From assembly GCA_040220235.1 (NCBI GenBank), contig JAVJTO010000030.1: a stretch of DNA of 64,000 nucleotides. The stretch is one strand, 5' to 3'. Below, piece by piece: positions 42,514 to 52,976 of the stretch. The translations under genes and the position numbers were made by a program. Below the pieces are notes generated by a model. That model did no database searches and was not told where the DNA came from. It saw only the letters and a program-made list of their open reading frames with translations. How positions within the stretch are numbered: position 1 is the first letter of the stretch; each line of letters begins with the position of its first letter. This DNA is from Coleofasciculus sp. B1-GNL1-01 (GTDB lineage: Bacteria; Cyanobacteriota; Cyanobacteriia; Cyanobacteriales; Coleofasciculaceae).

Positions 42514-44222
42514 TACTCTCCTGCTCCCCTGCTCTGGGGATGGCGCGATTGCACAATGTTTAAAGCCGCTATTCCTAACGTTACCAGCACCATACCCGCG
42601 ATTTGAGGAACCGTTAATGGACTTTGAATCAGAATCCAAGCCAAGAGTGCGGTTAAAATCGGTAAGGTAGCCCCCAAAACCGAAGCGCTAGCCGCACCAA
42701 GTCTGGCAATTCCCATGAAGTTGCAGATAGAACTAATCAAAGTAACACCGCCTAAAACCAGACCACTTATCACTAGATTTGAACTTAAACTCGGCGCAAA
42801 GACTAGACCCCACGATGCTGGGAAGGATATCATTACACCCAAGGCAGAAAATATCAGCACGATGGCTAAGTTCAGCAACAGAATTGGCATCGGATGAAAC
42901 TGTTTTGCCAAATTTTGCATCAGCATTAAATGCAGGGCAAAGGCGATCGCCGCCCCTGACGCCAGGGTAACACCGAATTGTGACAGTTCCCCGCTACCAC
43001 TGGGTAGAGTCGTCAGCACAAACCCTGCAATCACCATCGCGAAGGGAATGAAATGACTCCATCGATTAAAGCGATCGCTTAAGAGTAATAGCACGATGGG
43101 ATAGATAAAGAAAATAATCACAGCCACACCGGGCGCAATGATTCCTAATCCCCAATACAGCAATACTTTGGATAAGAATAGGAAAAACCCGCTACAGAAG
43201 AGAGTACCGAATAAACCCCAATTGCGCGATCGCAGAACCTGTTGAATATCTCGCCACACCCCCCGATAAAATCCCCGACTCAAGATTGCCATCAGAGGTA
43301 CAACGACCAACATTCGCGACCATAGTACCAGTAAGGTATTCCCTAACGTCGGCATCCAAAAACCACCCACTGGTTCTGGGAATCCCGCAATCGCTGTGGC
43401 ATTAAAAATAATATTGACAAAAACGTTTTCAAATGCTAGAGCTAGCAACGATAACAACACCAGCACTAACCCAACCCACTGTTTCCCCGTGGATTGTTTT
43501 GGCGGGCGTCTTTGAAGCTGGGTAGGTGGAACAACAGGTAAAGGTGATTCAGCAGGCGATCTGACGATTTCGCCCTGATTAGAACGAGGAGAAGATCCAT
43601 CCTGATCCGGCGCAGGTAACGTTAGAGGATGGGGGGCGGCGGGAGGAAGTTGAGAACGGGGTTCAGAGGTAGAGGATGGGGGAGGAATTTCAGCTTTGAG
43701 TCGATTCACCAGTGTCTCTAGAATCACCTCGGCTTGTTCCTGGAGACTGTACATCTGGCTCAACTGTTGAGACATTGAGCTTTGATAGCTATTCAGATCC
43801 TGTTGCAGGGTTCTAAATGTAGTTCTCAGCGTGTTATCTAAGGAAGCCACTAATTCCTGGATAGTTTGCTGATGATTTCCCACCGTCTGATCAATGGATA
43901 GTCTTTCTGAGGATTGGGCAAGTTGTTGGAGTTGCTGGCTGAGTAAGTCTTGCAATTGGTTGGCAAAGGCTGGGGCAATCTCAGACGTCAGTGCTGGCGG
44001 TTGAGTCAAGTGCTGCTGTCGTTGATCGTGCAGCGTTTTAATTTCCTCGCTTAACTGGGCTTTCTCTTTGTGTAGCTGTTCAATCTCCTGAGTAAACTGA
44101 GTCATGAGACGATGACGCAACGTCTCCATTTCCTCAATACTCTCAGTCATGGATTGCAAGAGATCGGCGGCTTGTTGTTCCCGATTCTCGGCGTTTTCCG
44201 GTTGATTGTCTAGTTGCCCCAT
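42513..44222 (-). CDS. sepJ: SepJ/FraG-like septal protein (coiled coil + Pro-rich linker + DMT permease)
   Basis: N-terminal coiled coil with SLDNTL...LQQDLNSYQSSMSQQLSQMY, Pro-rich linker and EamA-type TM domain. Confidence 0.8.
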   Translation of the reverse strand: MGQLDNQPENAENREQQAADLLQSMTESIEEMETLRHRLMTQFTQEIEQLHKEKAQLSEEIKTLHDQRQQHLTQPPALTSEIAPAFANQLQDLLSQQLQQLAQSSERLSIDQTVGNHQQTIQELVASLDNTLRTTFRTLQQDLNSYQSSMSQQLSQMYSLQEQAEVILETLVNRLKAEIPPPSSTSEPRSQLPPAAPHPLTLPAPDQDGSSPRSNQGEIVRSPAESPLPVVPPTQLQRRPPKQSTGKQWVGLVLVLLSLLALAFENVFVNIIFNATAIAGFPEPVGGFWMPTLGNTLLVLWSRMLVVVPLMAILSRGFYRGVWRDIQQVLRSRNWGLFGTLFCSGFFLFLSKVLLYWGLGIIAPGVAVIIFFIYPIVLLLLSDRFNRWSHFIPFAMVIAGFVLTTLPSGSGELSQFGVTLASGAAIAFALHLMLMQNLAKQFHPMPILLLNLAIVLIFSALGVMISFPASWGLVFAPSLSSNLVISGLVLGGVTLISSICNFMGIARLGAASASVLGATLPILTALLAWILIQSPLTVPQIAGMVLVTLGIAALNIVQSRHPQSRGAGE

Positions 44223-44391
44223 TTCCAATACCACTCGGTTAGTCTATGCCTTGCAGTAATAAGTTCACTGCTTTGAGTCGGATGTTGAATTTTAGCATAA
44301 TCGGCGAGAAGCCTCACGGTCGAATCTTTGATTGACCGTGAGATGAATCGCTAGTTGGAGGAAACTTGTTTCCAGGGTTGCTCAATTTTTG

Positions 44392-46008
44392 TTACTGATT
44401 GATAGGTAGGGTAACAGTAACGGTTGTGCCGATGCCGACTTCACTCTCAATTTGGATTTGACCGCCATGTAAGTCCACATATTTTTTGACAATGGCGAGT
44501 CCTAATCCAGTGCCGCCAATGGTGCTAATATTACTCCCCCGATAAAACGATTCAAATAATCGGGATTGATCTATGGACGGAATGCCAATTCCTTCATCTT
44601 GAATCTGGACGGTTACGTTATCTGAGTGACAGCCTAACTGGAAGGTGATCGTGCCTCCTTTGGGGGAATATTTGACAGCATTGGAGAGCAAGTGATTTAA
44701 TAATTTCCGTAACATAGCCTCGTCGAATAACCCTTTGATGGGAGATTCTGCAATAAACACCTTGAGGGTATATCGCGGATCTAGATTACTTTGGAATTCC
44801 TCGATTAGGTCATGACATAAATCTGCCACCTCCAGGGAAATAGGATTAAATTTCATTTGTCCTGCTTCCGATTGACCAATCAGTATCACATCATTTAGGA
44901 GTTGGGTAATATGTTCAACACACAAGCCAATTTTTTGGAAATGTTTTAGCTTTTTGTCCTCGGTTAATTTTTTATCGTAGAGTTTCAATAATTCGCTAGA
45001 GGATTGAATCGTGGTTAGGGGAGTCCGGAATTCATGGGAAATGGTGGTAATGATGTGAGATTTCAATTCACCCAGTTCTTTCTCTTTCTCTAAGGCTTGG
45101 CGAATCATCGCCTCGCTGCGCTGGCGTTCAATTATTTCCGTTTCTAGCCGGATTTTTTCTTTTTCTAATGCAGCGGCATAGATCCGTTCTGTGATATCAT
45201 GCAAAATACCAGAAAGACCCGTAAATTTGCCGTTAGTAACCTGTGAGGCATGGGCATGAATTTCTAGCCAACGAGTTTCTCCGGTTTTGGTGACGTACCG
45301 AATCTCTCGTTGAAAACCAACGTTTGCCCCAGTTAGGATAGATTGCCATAATTCTTTCTGGAGTTGGCAATCGTCAGGATGAACACACTCAAGAAAAGGC
45401 GTTCCTAAGGTTTCTTCTAGAGTAAACCCCATCAACTTTGTCCAAGCCGGACTGAGAAATTCCCAGTTACCATTGGGGTCAATTTGAAAAATAACTTCTT
45501 TAACATTTTCTACGACGGATCGATATTGTTGTTCGCTGCGTCGCAGTGCTTTTTCTGCCCAACTTGCGGCGAGGAGACGACGAATACGTTGGAGTAAGAC
45601 GGGGACATGCAAGGGTTTAGTCACATAATCGATCGCGCCAGCAGCAAATGCTGAATCAATGGACTTTTGATCCTCAAGCCCGGTAATCATCAGCACCGGG
45701 ATACCCAGCAACGCGCGATCGCTCTTTTGTTCGGGAGTCTGTGTAAAGGTTTGCAGGTTTTGGCAACAGATGAAACCATCCATCACCGGCATCAACGCAT
45801 CCAACAGCACCATATCCGGCTGGTACTGCTGATACGCCGCTAAACATTTCTCCCCATTTTCTGCCTCGATCACCTGATATCCCTCTTTTTCCAGCAGTTG
45901 ACGTAACATCACTCGTGTGAAGCGATCGTCATCAGCAACGAGGATCAGTGGCGATTTTTGAGGATCATTCCCTGTTGCGGTTAACATCCTTGGACTCCTA
46001 TTTAGCAC
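44392..46008 (-). CDS. Hybrid histidine kinase (REC-PAS-HisKA-HATPase)
   Basis: LVADDD/LLDALMP receiver, PAS, SHEFRTPL, NAVKYS and GTGLGL motifs. Confidence 0.95.
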   Translation of the reverse strand: MLNRSPRMLTATGNDPQKSPLILVADDDRFTRVMLRQLLEKEGYQVIEAENGEKCLAAYQQYQPDMVLLDALMPVMDGFICCQNLQTFTQTPEQKSDRALLGIPVLMITGLEDQKSIDSAFAAGAIDYVTKPLHVPVLLQRIRRLLAASWAEKALRRSEQQYRSVVENVKEVIFQIDPNGNWEFLSPAWTKLMGFTLEETLGTPFLECVHPDDCQLQKELWQSILTGANVGFQREIRYVTKTGETRWLEIHAHASQVTNGKFTGLSGILHDITERIYAAALEKEKIRLETEIIERQRSEAMIRQALEKEKELGELKSHIITTISHEFRTPLTTIQSSSELLKLYDKKLTEDKKLKHFQKIGLCVEHITQLLNDVILIGQSEAGQMKFNPISLEVADLCHDLIEEFQSNLDPRYTLKVFIAESPIKGLFDEAMLRKLLNHLLSNAVKYSPKGGTITFQLGCHSDNVTVQIQDEGIGIPSIDQSRLFESFYRGSNISTIGGTGLGLAIVKKYVDLHGGQIQIESEVGIGTTVTVTLPINQ

Positions 46009-46303
46009 ACAGACAAATCTGGACTCAGTATTCCCAAGAATGGTGAACCGATAACATTTGGAGAGATAGGGGACATGGGGGAGATGAGGGAGATGAGGGA
46101 GATGGGGAAGATGGGGGAGATGGGGAAGATGGGGAAAATGAGCGAACTTTCCTTGTCTGTGTAATCAGTGTCAATAAGCTCTCACTTCCCTACCCCTATC
46201 TCTCCAATAAATCCGTGAAATCAGTGTTTTGACAAATGACAAATGACAAATGACGAATGACGAATGACGATCCCCACCGTTAACTTTAATTGTCCCCACC
46301 TAC

Positions 46304-47803
46304 TTAACCCTTAATAATCGCTTCACCGCGTTGGTAAAGTTCACGGGCATAATCCGTCCACATTCCTTGTCCCCAATAGCGAAAACAACTGGTCTCCAGT
46401 AACAACGTATACAATAACGCTTGCTGATAATCACTTCGCTGCGTCACTGATGGATCTTCCTGCACTAAGGGGTCATACTTCAGATGAAACGCCGCACTGA
46501 GTTGATTCATGGGTTCTAAGACATTTTCATAGCCTTTGACCCAACTTAAATCATTCGTCCATGATGCCCCATCAACGTGGAATTGATCATCCGTGGCTGT
46601 CAACTCTGCGATCGCACTCGCTACTGCATCAGGTGTAATATTATCTAGATCGACTCGTTGCCAAATTTTATGTTGACCAACGGCTTGACAAGGAGGATAC
46701 TCTTCTGGATTAACACCTGCTGCTTCTAGTAATTCTAAATACTCCGTCCCATTCATCGGCACGACACCCGTTTTTCCGCCGCCTTGATCGCGAATTTCAT
46801 AGTAAATCCGAAACAAATCACGGGGATATTCGTTCATCATCACGCCCCCATTTTCGCCATCAGCAATTTGGGTGACTAAGGATGGAATCGAATGATTGCC
46901 AATTGACTGCTTACCCCGCCCCTTTGCCTCAAAATAGGGCTGCATTTGTGCCACTAATTTGGTATCTGACCCTTGTGTTTTAATCAAAATTGTGATAGAA
47001 ATTGTTTCCCCCTGAGAATTGCGAGCCACTAAACGATTGGGAACATATTTCTGATCCTGTGACAATCCCGAACCATCCAGATTTTCCAGAGAATGTTCCT
47101 GTACCATCAACCAGCGATAGCCACAGTCTTTTAGCGCTTTGATATATTCATACAAACTATCAGGATGATTGGGTAAATGCATCTCTGGTGGTGAGAAGCC
47201 TTTGACTCGCTTCAGCGCATCGTAGCCAAAAATAGCAGCAAAATGATGTTGCCATGCCTGAATATGCAGTTTAATATCGGGAATTGGGGTAGAGGGAACA
47301 ACCGCATGACTCCACATCGTTCCCAGCCATTCCACATAAGGCTGATAAGCGCGATCGCAGGTAATCCGTTTAAGATTATTCAGGATATCCTCCCGCCCCA
47401 TTTGCTGGAATCCCCACAACAAATTCCCCGAATAATCCAGCATAATCCGAGGATTACATCCCTCTGATACCAGTTGGGGAATAAAATCACCCATCCGACG
47501 GTAGCACCCGGCGAAGGGTTCGGCATTATGGTTATCCCCTTCCTGGGGATGTTCAAACATGTATTGGAGATTGCTAATCAATTCACCATTCGCCCCGGCT
47601 GGAACCGTGGGTTGGTGCAGATGTAAGGCGCAAGCGAATCCTGAAGTGATATCCTCGAGGCGGAGATTGGTTGTCGGTAAAAATACAGGTTCGTCGTGTT
47701 GTACCACCGCCCGAATATTGTCTTCCCACCCGCAAATATTGGGTAATCCTTCTCGTAATTCCGCTAAAGCGGGTTGATTCGGGGTTGAGGTTACTGCACT
47801 CAT
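46304..47803 (-). CDS. Glycoside hydrolase family 57-like protein
   Basis: HLHQP, GFSPPE, IADGENGG and ETSCFRYWG motifs. Confidence 0.9.
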   Translation of the reverse strand: MSAVTSTPNQPALAELREGLPNICGWEDNIRAVVQHDEPVFLPTTNLRLEDITSGFACALHLHQPTVPAGANGELISNLQYMFEHPQEGDNHNAEPFAGCYRRMGDFIPQLVSEGCNPRIMLDYSGNLLWGFQQMGREDILNNLKRITCDRAYQPYVEWLGTMWSHAVVPSTPIPDIKLHIQAWQHHFAAIFGYDALKRVKGFSPPEMHLPNHPDSLYEYIKALKDCGYRWLMVQEHSLENLDGSGLSQDQKYVPNRLVARNSQGETISITILIKTQGSDTKLVAQMQPYFEAKGRGKQSIGNHSIPSLVTQIADGENGGVMMNEYPRDLFRIYYEIRDQGGGKTGVVPMNGTEYLELLEAAGVNPEEYPPCQAVGQHKIWQRVDLDNITPDAVASAIAELTATDDQFHVDGASWTNDLSWVKGYENVLEPMNQLSAAFHLKYDPLVQEDPSVTQRSDYQQALLYTLLLETSCFRYWGQGMWTDYARELYQRGEAIIKG

Positions 47804-48032
47804 GATCCTTTCCTCGATGATTGTGCTATTGCTAGCATACACAATTCGTCATTCGTCATTCGTCATTCGTCCTTTGTCATTCGTCATTCGTCCTTGGTAA
47901 GGGTTTGAGGATTATTGATACAAGTTAATATATTTAGGGTGAATGGCACACTCAATAAGCAGTTTTGGCTTACCGAAATCCTTAATCTATCGTCGGGTTA
48001 GTTTCGACTCCGCTCAACCCACCATCATACCA

Positions 48033-48112
48033 GTAGTGCGTTTAGCGAAGCCATGCCGCAGGCTTTGCATCTTGCTCGCTACTAATACCCAATTTAAATG
48101 CATGACAGCTTA
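48033..48112 (-). mobile_element. Partial AGCTGT MITE containing a ~25-nt micro-insertion
   Basis: gcatcttgctcgctactaatacccaatttaaatgcatgacagctta is the reverse complement of the MITE left part; tttagcgaagccatgccgcaggcttt interrupts its hairpin. Confidence 0.75.
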
Positions 48113-48188
48113 CCAGTCAGTGACATTCTATTTAGGTTCATTTCCACCAACTTACTTACGAATCAGGCAGAGGGTAGTAAGGTAGAGA

Positions 48189-48689
48189 TTAATCAGCTAG
48201 TTTCTGTGGTGACATACCCAGAAATCGACGAATTAGGTTAACGATTTCCAGCTTTTGCTGTAGGGTTTTTCCTTCCGATTTAATAGACAACTGTTTCCCT
48301 GATTTCAAAATAATCACGATTTGATAGTTACTTGTCTGAGCCTGATTCCAGCTTGTCGATTTGAGTTGCACCTGGAAAATATCACTCAGGGGATACAAGG
48401 TGACTTGAGTTTTAAATAATCCTCGCCGTTTGATGAACAGACTGTTTGTGTTTTTATCAAAGTGATAGATGAAAATACGCCCCGCACAGACAAGTAAGAC
48501 AATACTCAAAACTAGATTAAAACCGAATAAGGCATACAAGCCCAACATATAAACAATCCAAGGTAGGACTACACTAACCAGAATAATGAACAAAGGAACG
48601 CTGACAACCAAACAGCCAGAGAGTTGCCAAATAAAATAGGGGCGGTGTCGGAGTTTCAGTTGGGTAGGGGTTTTTTCCAAAATAACCAT
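48189..48689 (-). CDS. Hypothetical two-TM membrane protein
   Basis: Two hydrophobic helices followed by a beta-rich domain ending IRRFLG. Confidence 0.75.
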   Translation of the reverse strand: MVILEKTPTQLKLRHRPYFIWQLSGCLVVSVPLFIILVSVVLPWIVYMLGLYALFGFNLVLSIVLLVCAGRIFIYHFDKNTNSLFIKRRGLFKTQVTLYPLSDIFQVQLKSTSWNQAQTSNYQIVIILKSGKQLSIKSEGKTLQQKLEIVNLIRRFLGMSPQKLAD

Positions 48690-48799
48690 GCTTGAGTTAG
48701 TCCTAATGAATCATTCAATTGTAGGGGCGCAAGGCTTGCGCCCTTATCTAAGTCCCTCATTCATTGAAGAAAGGCTATATTCACTGAGCCAAGCTATTC

Positions 48800-49306
48800 C
48801 TATCTGTATAAATCTGTTGTCCCTTCACCGCAAGCCAGTTCACCCTTTTGATAGATAGGTGCTGGGGGTTTGATTGAACCCGGTGTATTCGCTTCACATA
48901 GAATAGCAACGGTAGTTATTGCATCTGATGCAGCATCAGTATCAACCTCAGTTGCGGGAACGACAAAAACACCACCAACATAACTCCGAACTTTGTCCTT
49001 ACGAGATATGCCATAGTTAAATGCAGCATTGTCAGTTATCTGAGTTGAGTAGGCGTAGCTTTCTGTTTCAGTCTTGATACCCAAACCTAGATCAGGAATA
49101 TTGCTGCTAAAGCTTTGTTCCGTTACATGGTAAGCTTGCTGGGCGCGGTTCATAGAACCCACATAAGTTTTACCTTCTGACTGATCATGTTTATGACTGT
49201 GATTCAAAAACGTGGGTGCAAGGATGTAAAAAAATCCGGCTATCAGTAACATCAATCCGAGAAAGCATCCTACGCTAGTTGCATCTGTTCCAGTTTTCCT
49301 ACCCAT
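48800..49306 (-). CDS. Type IV pilin-like G/H family protein
   Basis: QSEGKTYVGSMNRAQQAY...LGLGI...SYVGGV...ILCEA motifs. Confidence 0.9.
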   Translation of the reverse strand: MGRKTGTDATSVGCFLGLMLLIAGFFYILAPTFLNHSHKHDQSEGKTYVGSMNRAQQAYHVTEQSFSSNIPDLGLGIKTETESYAYSTQITDNAAFNYGISRKDKVRSYVGGVFVVPATEVDTDAASDAITTVAILCEANTPGSIKPPAPIYQKGELACGEGTTDLYR

Positions 49307-49721
49307 GAGATTAGGTTTTAACTCTACACCTTGATTAAATCAGGTAAGGCTTTGAGAACATGACTGAGAACTCATCGACTTCTCATCGACTTAATTTTCA
49401 GATTCGTAGGGTGCGTTAGCGCTAGCGTAACGCACCTAGCAAGGCAGAATTAAATGTTAGTTTGTAGTAAGCACTTTAGTGCTTTAACACCTAGCTATAA
49501 AGGGCTAAAGTTCCCTCACTACAAAACGGCTGGGGAATGCGATCGCACTCTGTTGTAGTCGTAGGGTGCGTTAGCGTCAGCGTAACGCACCTGCTAAGGT
49601 GGAATTGCTGAACTCCAAATGCCGTGTTTCGAGGTCAAAATGCCCTGTTCCGATACCCTGTAGAGACGTTCCATGGAACGTCTCTACATTATCATCCGGT
49701 AACAATTCCCCTAAACCCATC

Positions 49722-52541
49722 ATGACAAACGAATCTGGAATTCCCATCACCCCGCCGACTCCGGTATTGAAGAAATCCATTAAGATTAACTTCACCGATT
49801 TCTCAAAAGCTGTAGGAAAAGGAGGGATTGATGTCCTGTTTGGCAAGTGGGATAGTCTGGCTGGAAACGCCGTTGACGTTCTATCCGCCCTGGGTTTAGC
49901 CGCTAATGCCGAAGAAATAGCCTGGTTACTCATTTACCGTTCTTTGCTCCAAGCAATCAAGAATCTTGTTGATAAAAAAACTGAAATAGAACCCAATAAC
50001 CATAAGATTAAAACCTTACAAACTGAAATTAACCAGGCATTAGCAGATAGCAGTTTAACGCTTAACCAAAGGTTTTTTGAACATCCCGATAAAGACCCGA
50101 TTATTGCCGCTATCAAACCTACCTTTGTAGATTGGCTAAAGCAATGTCAAGTCAGCGAAGCTGATGCTATCGCCATTAGCGATAGACTCCCCATCTACTT
50201 TGCCGCCGCACTCCATCACGAGTGGGGAAATCAGGCAAAAGACTATGCCGTACTGAAAGAAAGGCTCGATACTCCCTTCACCCAAGCCAATGACCGACTT
50301 CAGGCATGGTTCAAATATGGAACCTGGCTACAAAAACAAGTGGAAGAACCGATGTTTTTAGAAGCCTTTAGTCTCAAGCGCGTCTATGTGCCGCTACGGG
50401 CTTACTATAAGCGTAAAGTTGAGAGACAAAATCCGGAAGAATTAGACCCAAGACTGGCAAATCGTGATAAATTTGAGCGCGTCGTCATTGAGTTAGACAA
50501 AGAACTAAAAACCTGGCTAAATCAAGCCAAAAAAGATGATGCCATTCGCTTAATTAGTGGCAGTCCGGGGAGTGGCAAATCCTCCTTTGCTAAAATGTTT
50601 GCCGCCAACCTAGCAGAAACAGATAAGATTCGGGTTTTATTTATTCCCCTGCACCATTTTAATCCCGCCGATGATCTGATTGAGGCAGTGGGTAAATTTA
50701 TCCATACAGACGGCATCTTACCGCACAATCCCCTAGCCGCAGACTGTCGCGAATCCCGCCTCTTGATTATTTTTGATGGACTAGATGAATTAGCCATGCA
50801 GGGGAAAATTGCCGAAAAAATTGCCCAAGATTTTGTCCGAGAAGTCCAGCGTACAGTTGACCGATTAAACCAGCAAAAACTCTGCTTACAGGTACTGATT
50901 GCCGGACGAGAATTGGCAGTCCAGGCGAATCAAACCGACTTTCGCAAAGAGGGACAAATCCTGCACGTTTTACCCTACTTTATCCCTGAAGATAAGCGAA
51001 AAGATTATGTCGATGAGAACCAGCTACTAGAACAAGATCAGCGCCAGAATTGGTGGCAAAATTATGGTACTGTGAGTGGTTATGGCTATACGGGTTTACC
51101 CAATGAGCTAAACCAGGGAAATTTAACTGAAATTACCGCTCAACCCTTGCTCAATTATCTAGTGGCTCTCAGTTTAAGACGGGGAGAACTAACCTTTGAC
51201 CAAGACACTAACTTGAATGCCATTTATAATGACTTACTCAAAGCCATTTATGAGCGAGGGTGGGCAGGACATCAACATAAAGCCATTCAGGGAATTGAGG
51301 AAAGAGATTTTATTCGGATTCTCGAAGAAATTGCCCTGGCTGCTTGGCATGGGAATGGGCGGACTACTACAGTGAGAGACATTGAAAAGCATTGTGACAA
51401 TAGTAATCTAAAAAATCTGCTGAGGCGATTTCAAGAAGGCTTTCAAGATGATGCGAAAGCCAGCATTACTCGTTTGATGACGGCGTTTTATTTCCGTCAA
51501 AGTGGACATAATGATTCCGGTGACAACACCTTTGAATTTACCCACAAAAGTTTTGGCGAATATTTAACCGCCCGACGCATTGTCCAAGAAGTGCGGTATA
51601 TCCACCGCAAATTAGAAGCCCGCGATGATGATCCTTATGAAGATTGGGATGAACGTCGGGCGTTACATCGCTGGGCGTTAGTCTGTGGTTCTACGGCGAT
51701 GGATAAATATTTGTTTGAGTTTGTTTTAGATGAAATGCGGCTGCATTATCAAGTCAAGCCAGAGGATGTGGCAAATTGGCAGGATACTCTGTGTCATTTA
51801 ATTGGTTTTATGTTGAAGCACGGAATGCCAATGGAAAAGCTAGAACCTCGTCCTAATTTTCAGGAAGAAAACCGACAAGCCCGCAATGCGGAGGAAGCTT
51901 TGTTAGCGGTTCTTAATAGTTGTGCGCGTTTGACGGAGAAATGTTCGGAGATTAAATGGCATTCTGAGGATGCTTTTGGTAATTGGATTTCCCGGCTACA
52001 GGGACAAGAAATCTGTTCAGATGTGTTGTGTCCAAATTTATTAAGTTTTTTAGATTTGCGTAGGGTGAATCTTGAAGGTGTGAATCTTGAAGGGGTGGAT
52101 TTTGAAATGGCGAATCTTGAAGAGGCAAATCTTGAAGAGGCGAATTTTCGAGGGGCGAACCTTGAAAGAGTTAATTTTAGAAATGCGAATCTTGAAGGAG
52201 TAAATTTTAGAAGAGTGAATCTTGAAAGGGTTGATTTTAGAGGGTCAAATCTTGAATGGGTTAATTTTGAAATGGCAAATCTTGAAAGAGTTAATTTTAG
52301 AAATGCGAATCTTGAAGAAGCGACTTTTAGAAAGGTGAATCTTAATATGGTAAATTTTAGAGAGGCAAATCTTAAAGAAGCGAACTTTAGAGAGGCGAAT
52401 ATTAACAGGGTGAATTTTAGAGAGGCGAATATTAACAGGGTGAATTTTAGAAATACAAGTCTTCTCAGAGTAAATTTTAAAGGGACAATTCTTGAAGGCA
52501 AAGTGCCGATTAGCTCTCCAAACCCAACCTACTTGAACTGA
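49722..52541 (+). CDS. NACHT NTPase with C-terminal pentapeptide repeats
   Basis: GSPGSGKS, FDGLDE, QPLL and FEFTHKSFGEYL motifs with a pentapeptide tail. Start refined because the upstream frame runs through a REP hairpin. Confidence 0.9.
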   Translation: MTNESGIPITPPTPVLKKSIKINFTDFSKAVGKGGIDVLFGKWDSLAGNAVDVLSALGLAANAEEIAWLLIYRSLLQAIKNLVDKKTEIEPNNHKIKTLQTEINQALADSSLTLNQRFFEHPDKDPIIAAIKPTFVDWLKQCQVSEADAIAISDRLPIYFAAALHHEWGNQAKDYAVLKERLDTPFTQANDRLQAWFKYGTWLQKQVEEPMFLEAFSLKRVYVPLRAYYKRKVERQNPEELDPRLANRDKFERVVIELDKELKTWLNQAKKDDAIRLISGSPGSGKSSFAKMFAANLAETDKIRVLFIPLHHFNPADDLIEAVGKFIHTDGILPHNPLAADCRESRLLIIFDGLDELAMQGKIAEKIAQDFVREVQRTVDRLNQQKLCLQVLIAGRELAVQANQTDFRKEGQILHVLPYFIPEDKRKDYVDENQLLEQDQRQNWWQNYGTVSGYGYTGLPNELNQGNLTEITAQPLLNYLVALSLRRGELTFDQDTNLNAIYNDLLKAIYERGWAGHQHKAIQGIEERDFIRILEEIALAAWHGNGRTTTVRDIEKHCDNSNLKNLLRRFQEGFQDDAKASITRLMTAFYFRQSGHNDSGDNTFEFTHKSFGEYLTARRIVQEVRYIHRKLEARDDDPYEDWDERRALHRWALVCGSTAMDKYLFEFVLDEMRLHYQVKPEDVANWQDTLCHLIGFMLKHGMPMEKLEPRPNFQEENRQARNAEEALLAVLNSCARLTEKCSEIKWHSEDAFGNWISRLQGQEICSDVLCPNLLSFLDLRRVNLEGVNLEGVDFEMANLEEANLEEANFRGANLERVNFRNANLEGVNFRRVNLERVDFRGSNLEWVNFEMANLERVNFRNANLEEATFRKVNLNMVNFREANLKEANFREANINRVNFREANINRVNFRNTSLLRVNFKGTILEGKVPISSPNPTYLN

Positions 52542-52625
52542 CTCATCAAACTCTTGAGAGGTAACGCTGTGAAAAAAACTGAAACTGTAGAGCGATGGGA
52601 CGTTCCGAGACAATGAGAACAGAAG

Positions 52626-52976
52626 ATGATAGAAATTGCCCGTCAGTTTCGCAAGGAACCAACGCCGAGTGAGGCAATTTTATGGCAAGCTTTAAGGAAA
52701 AAGCAGCTAGAGGGGCGAAAGTTTCGGCGTCAGCAACCCATCGGGCGATTTATCGTTGATTTTTTCTGTGCATCGGAGCGGTTGATTGTCGAGGTTGATG
52801 GTGGAATTCATGAGTCTCAGAAACATTTGGATGAGCAACGACAGCAAGTTTTGGAGTCTTTAGGATTACGATTTGTCAGAGTGAGTAGTGAGGAGGTGGA
52901 GAGGAATTTGCCAGAGGTTTTGAGTCGAATTCGCGGGGAGTTTGGACACCCTCATCCCCCATTGGTGTCAAGTTAA
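52626..52976 (+). CDS. DUF559 (Vsr-like) endonuclease domain protein
   Basis: ARQFRKEPTPSEAILW, KFRRQQPIG, VDF and EVDGGIH motifs. A possible true start (GTG 52569) is cut by TGA at 52614. Confidence 0.88.
   Translation: MIEIARQFRKEPTPSEAILWQALRKKQLEGRKFRRQQPIGRFIVDFFCASERLIVEVDGGIHESQKHLDEQRQQVLESLGLRFVRVSSEEVERNLPEVLSRIRGEFGHPHPPLVSS

Noticed and set aside
42298..42639. ORFs with FPS/GEA repeats
   Set aside because: These are translations of the 9-bp STRR.
49599..49721. N-terminal extension of the NACHT ORF
   Set aside because: The frame runs through REP hairpins; ATG 49722 is the more plausible start.
51860..52613. Antisense ORFs over pentapeptide repeats (also 9257-9475 and 36255-36500)
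   Set aside because: Shadow frames of repetitive coding sequence.
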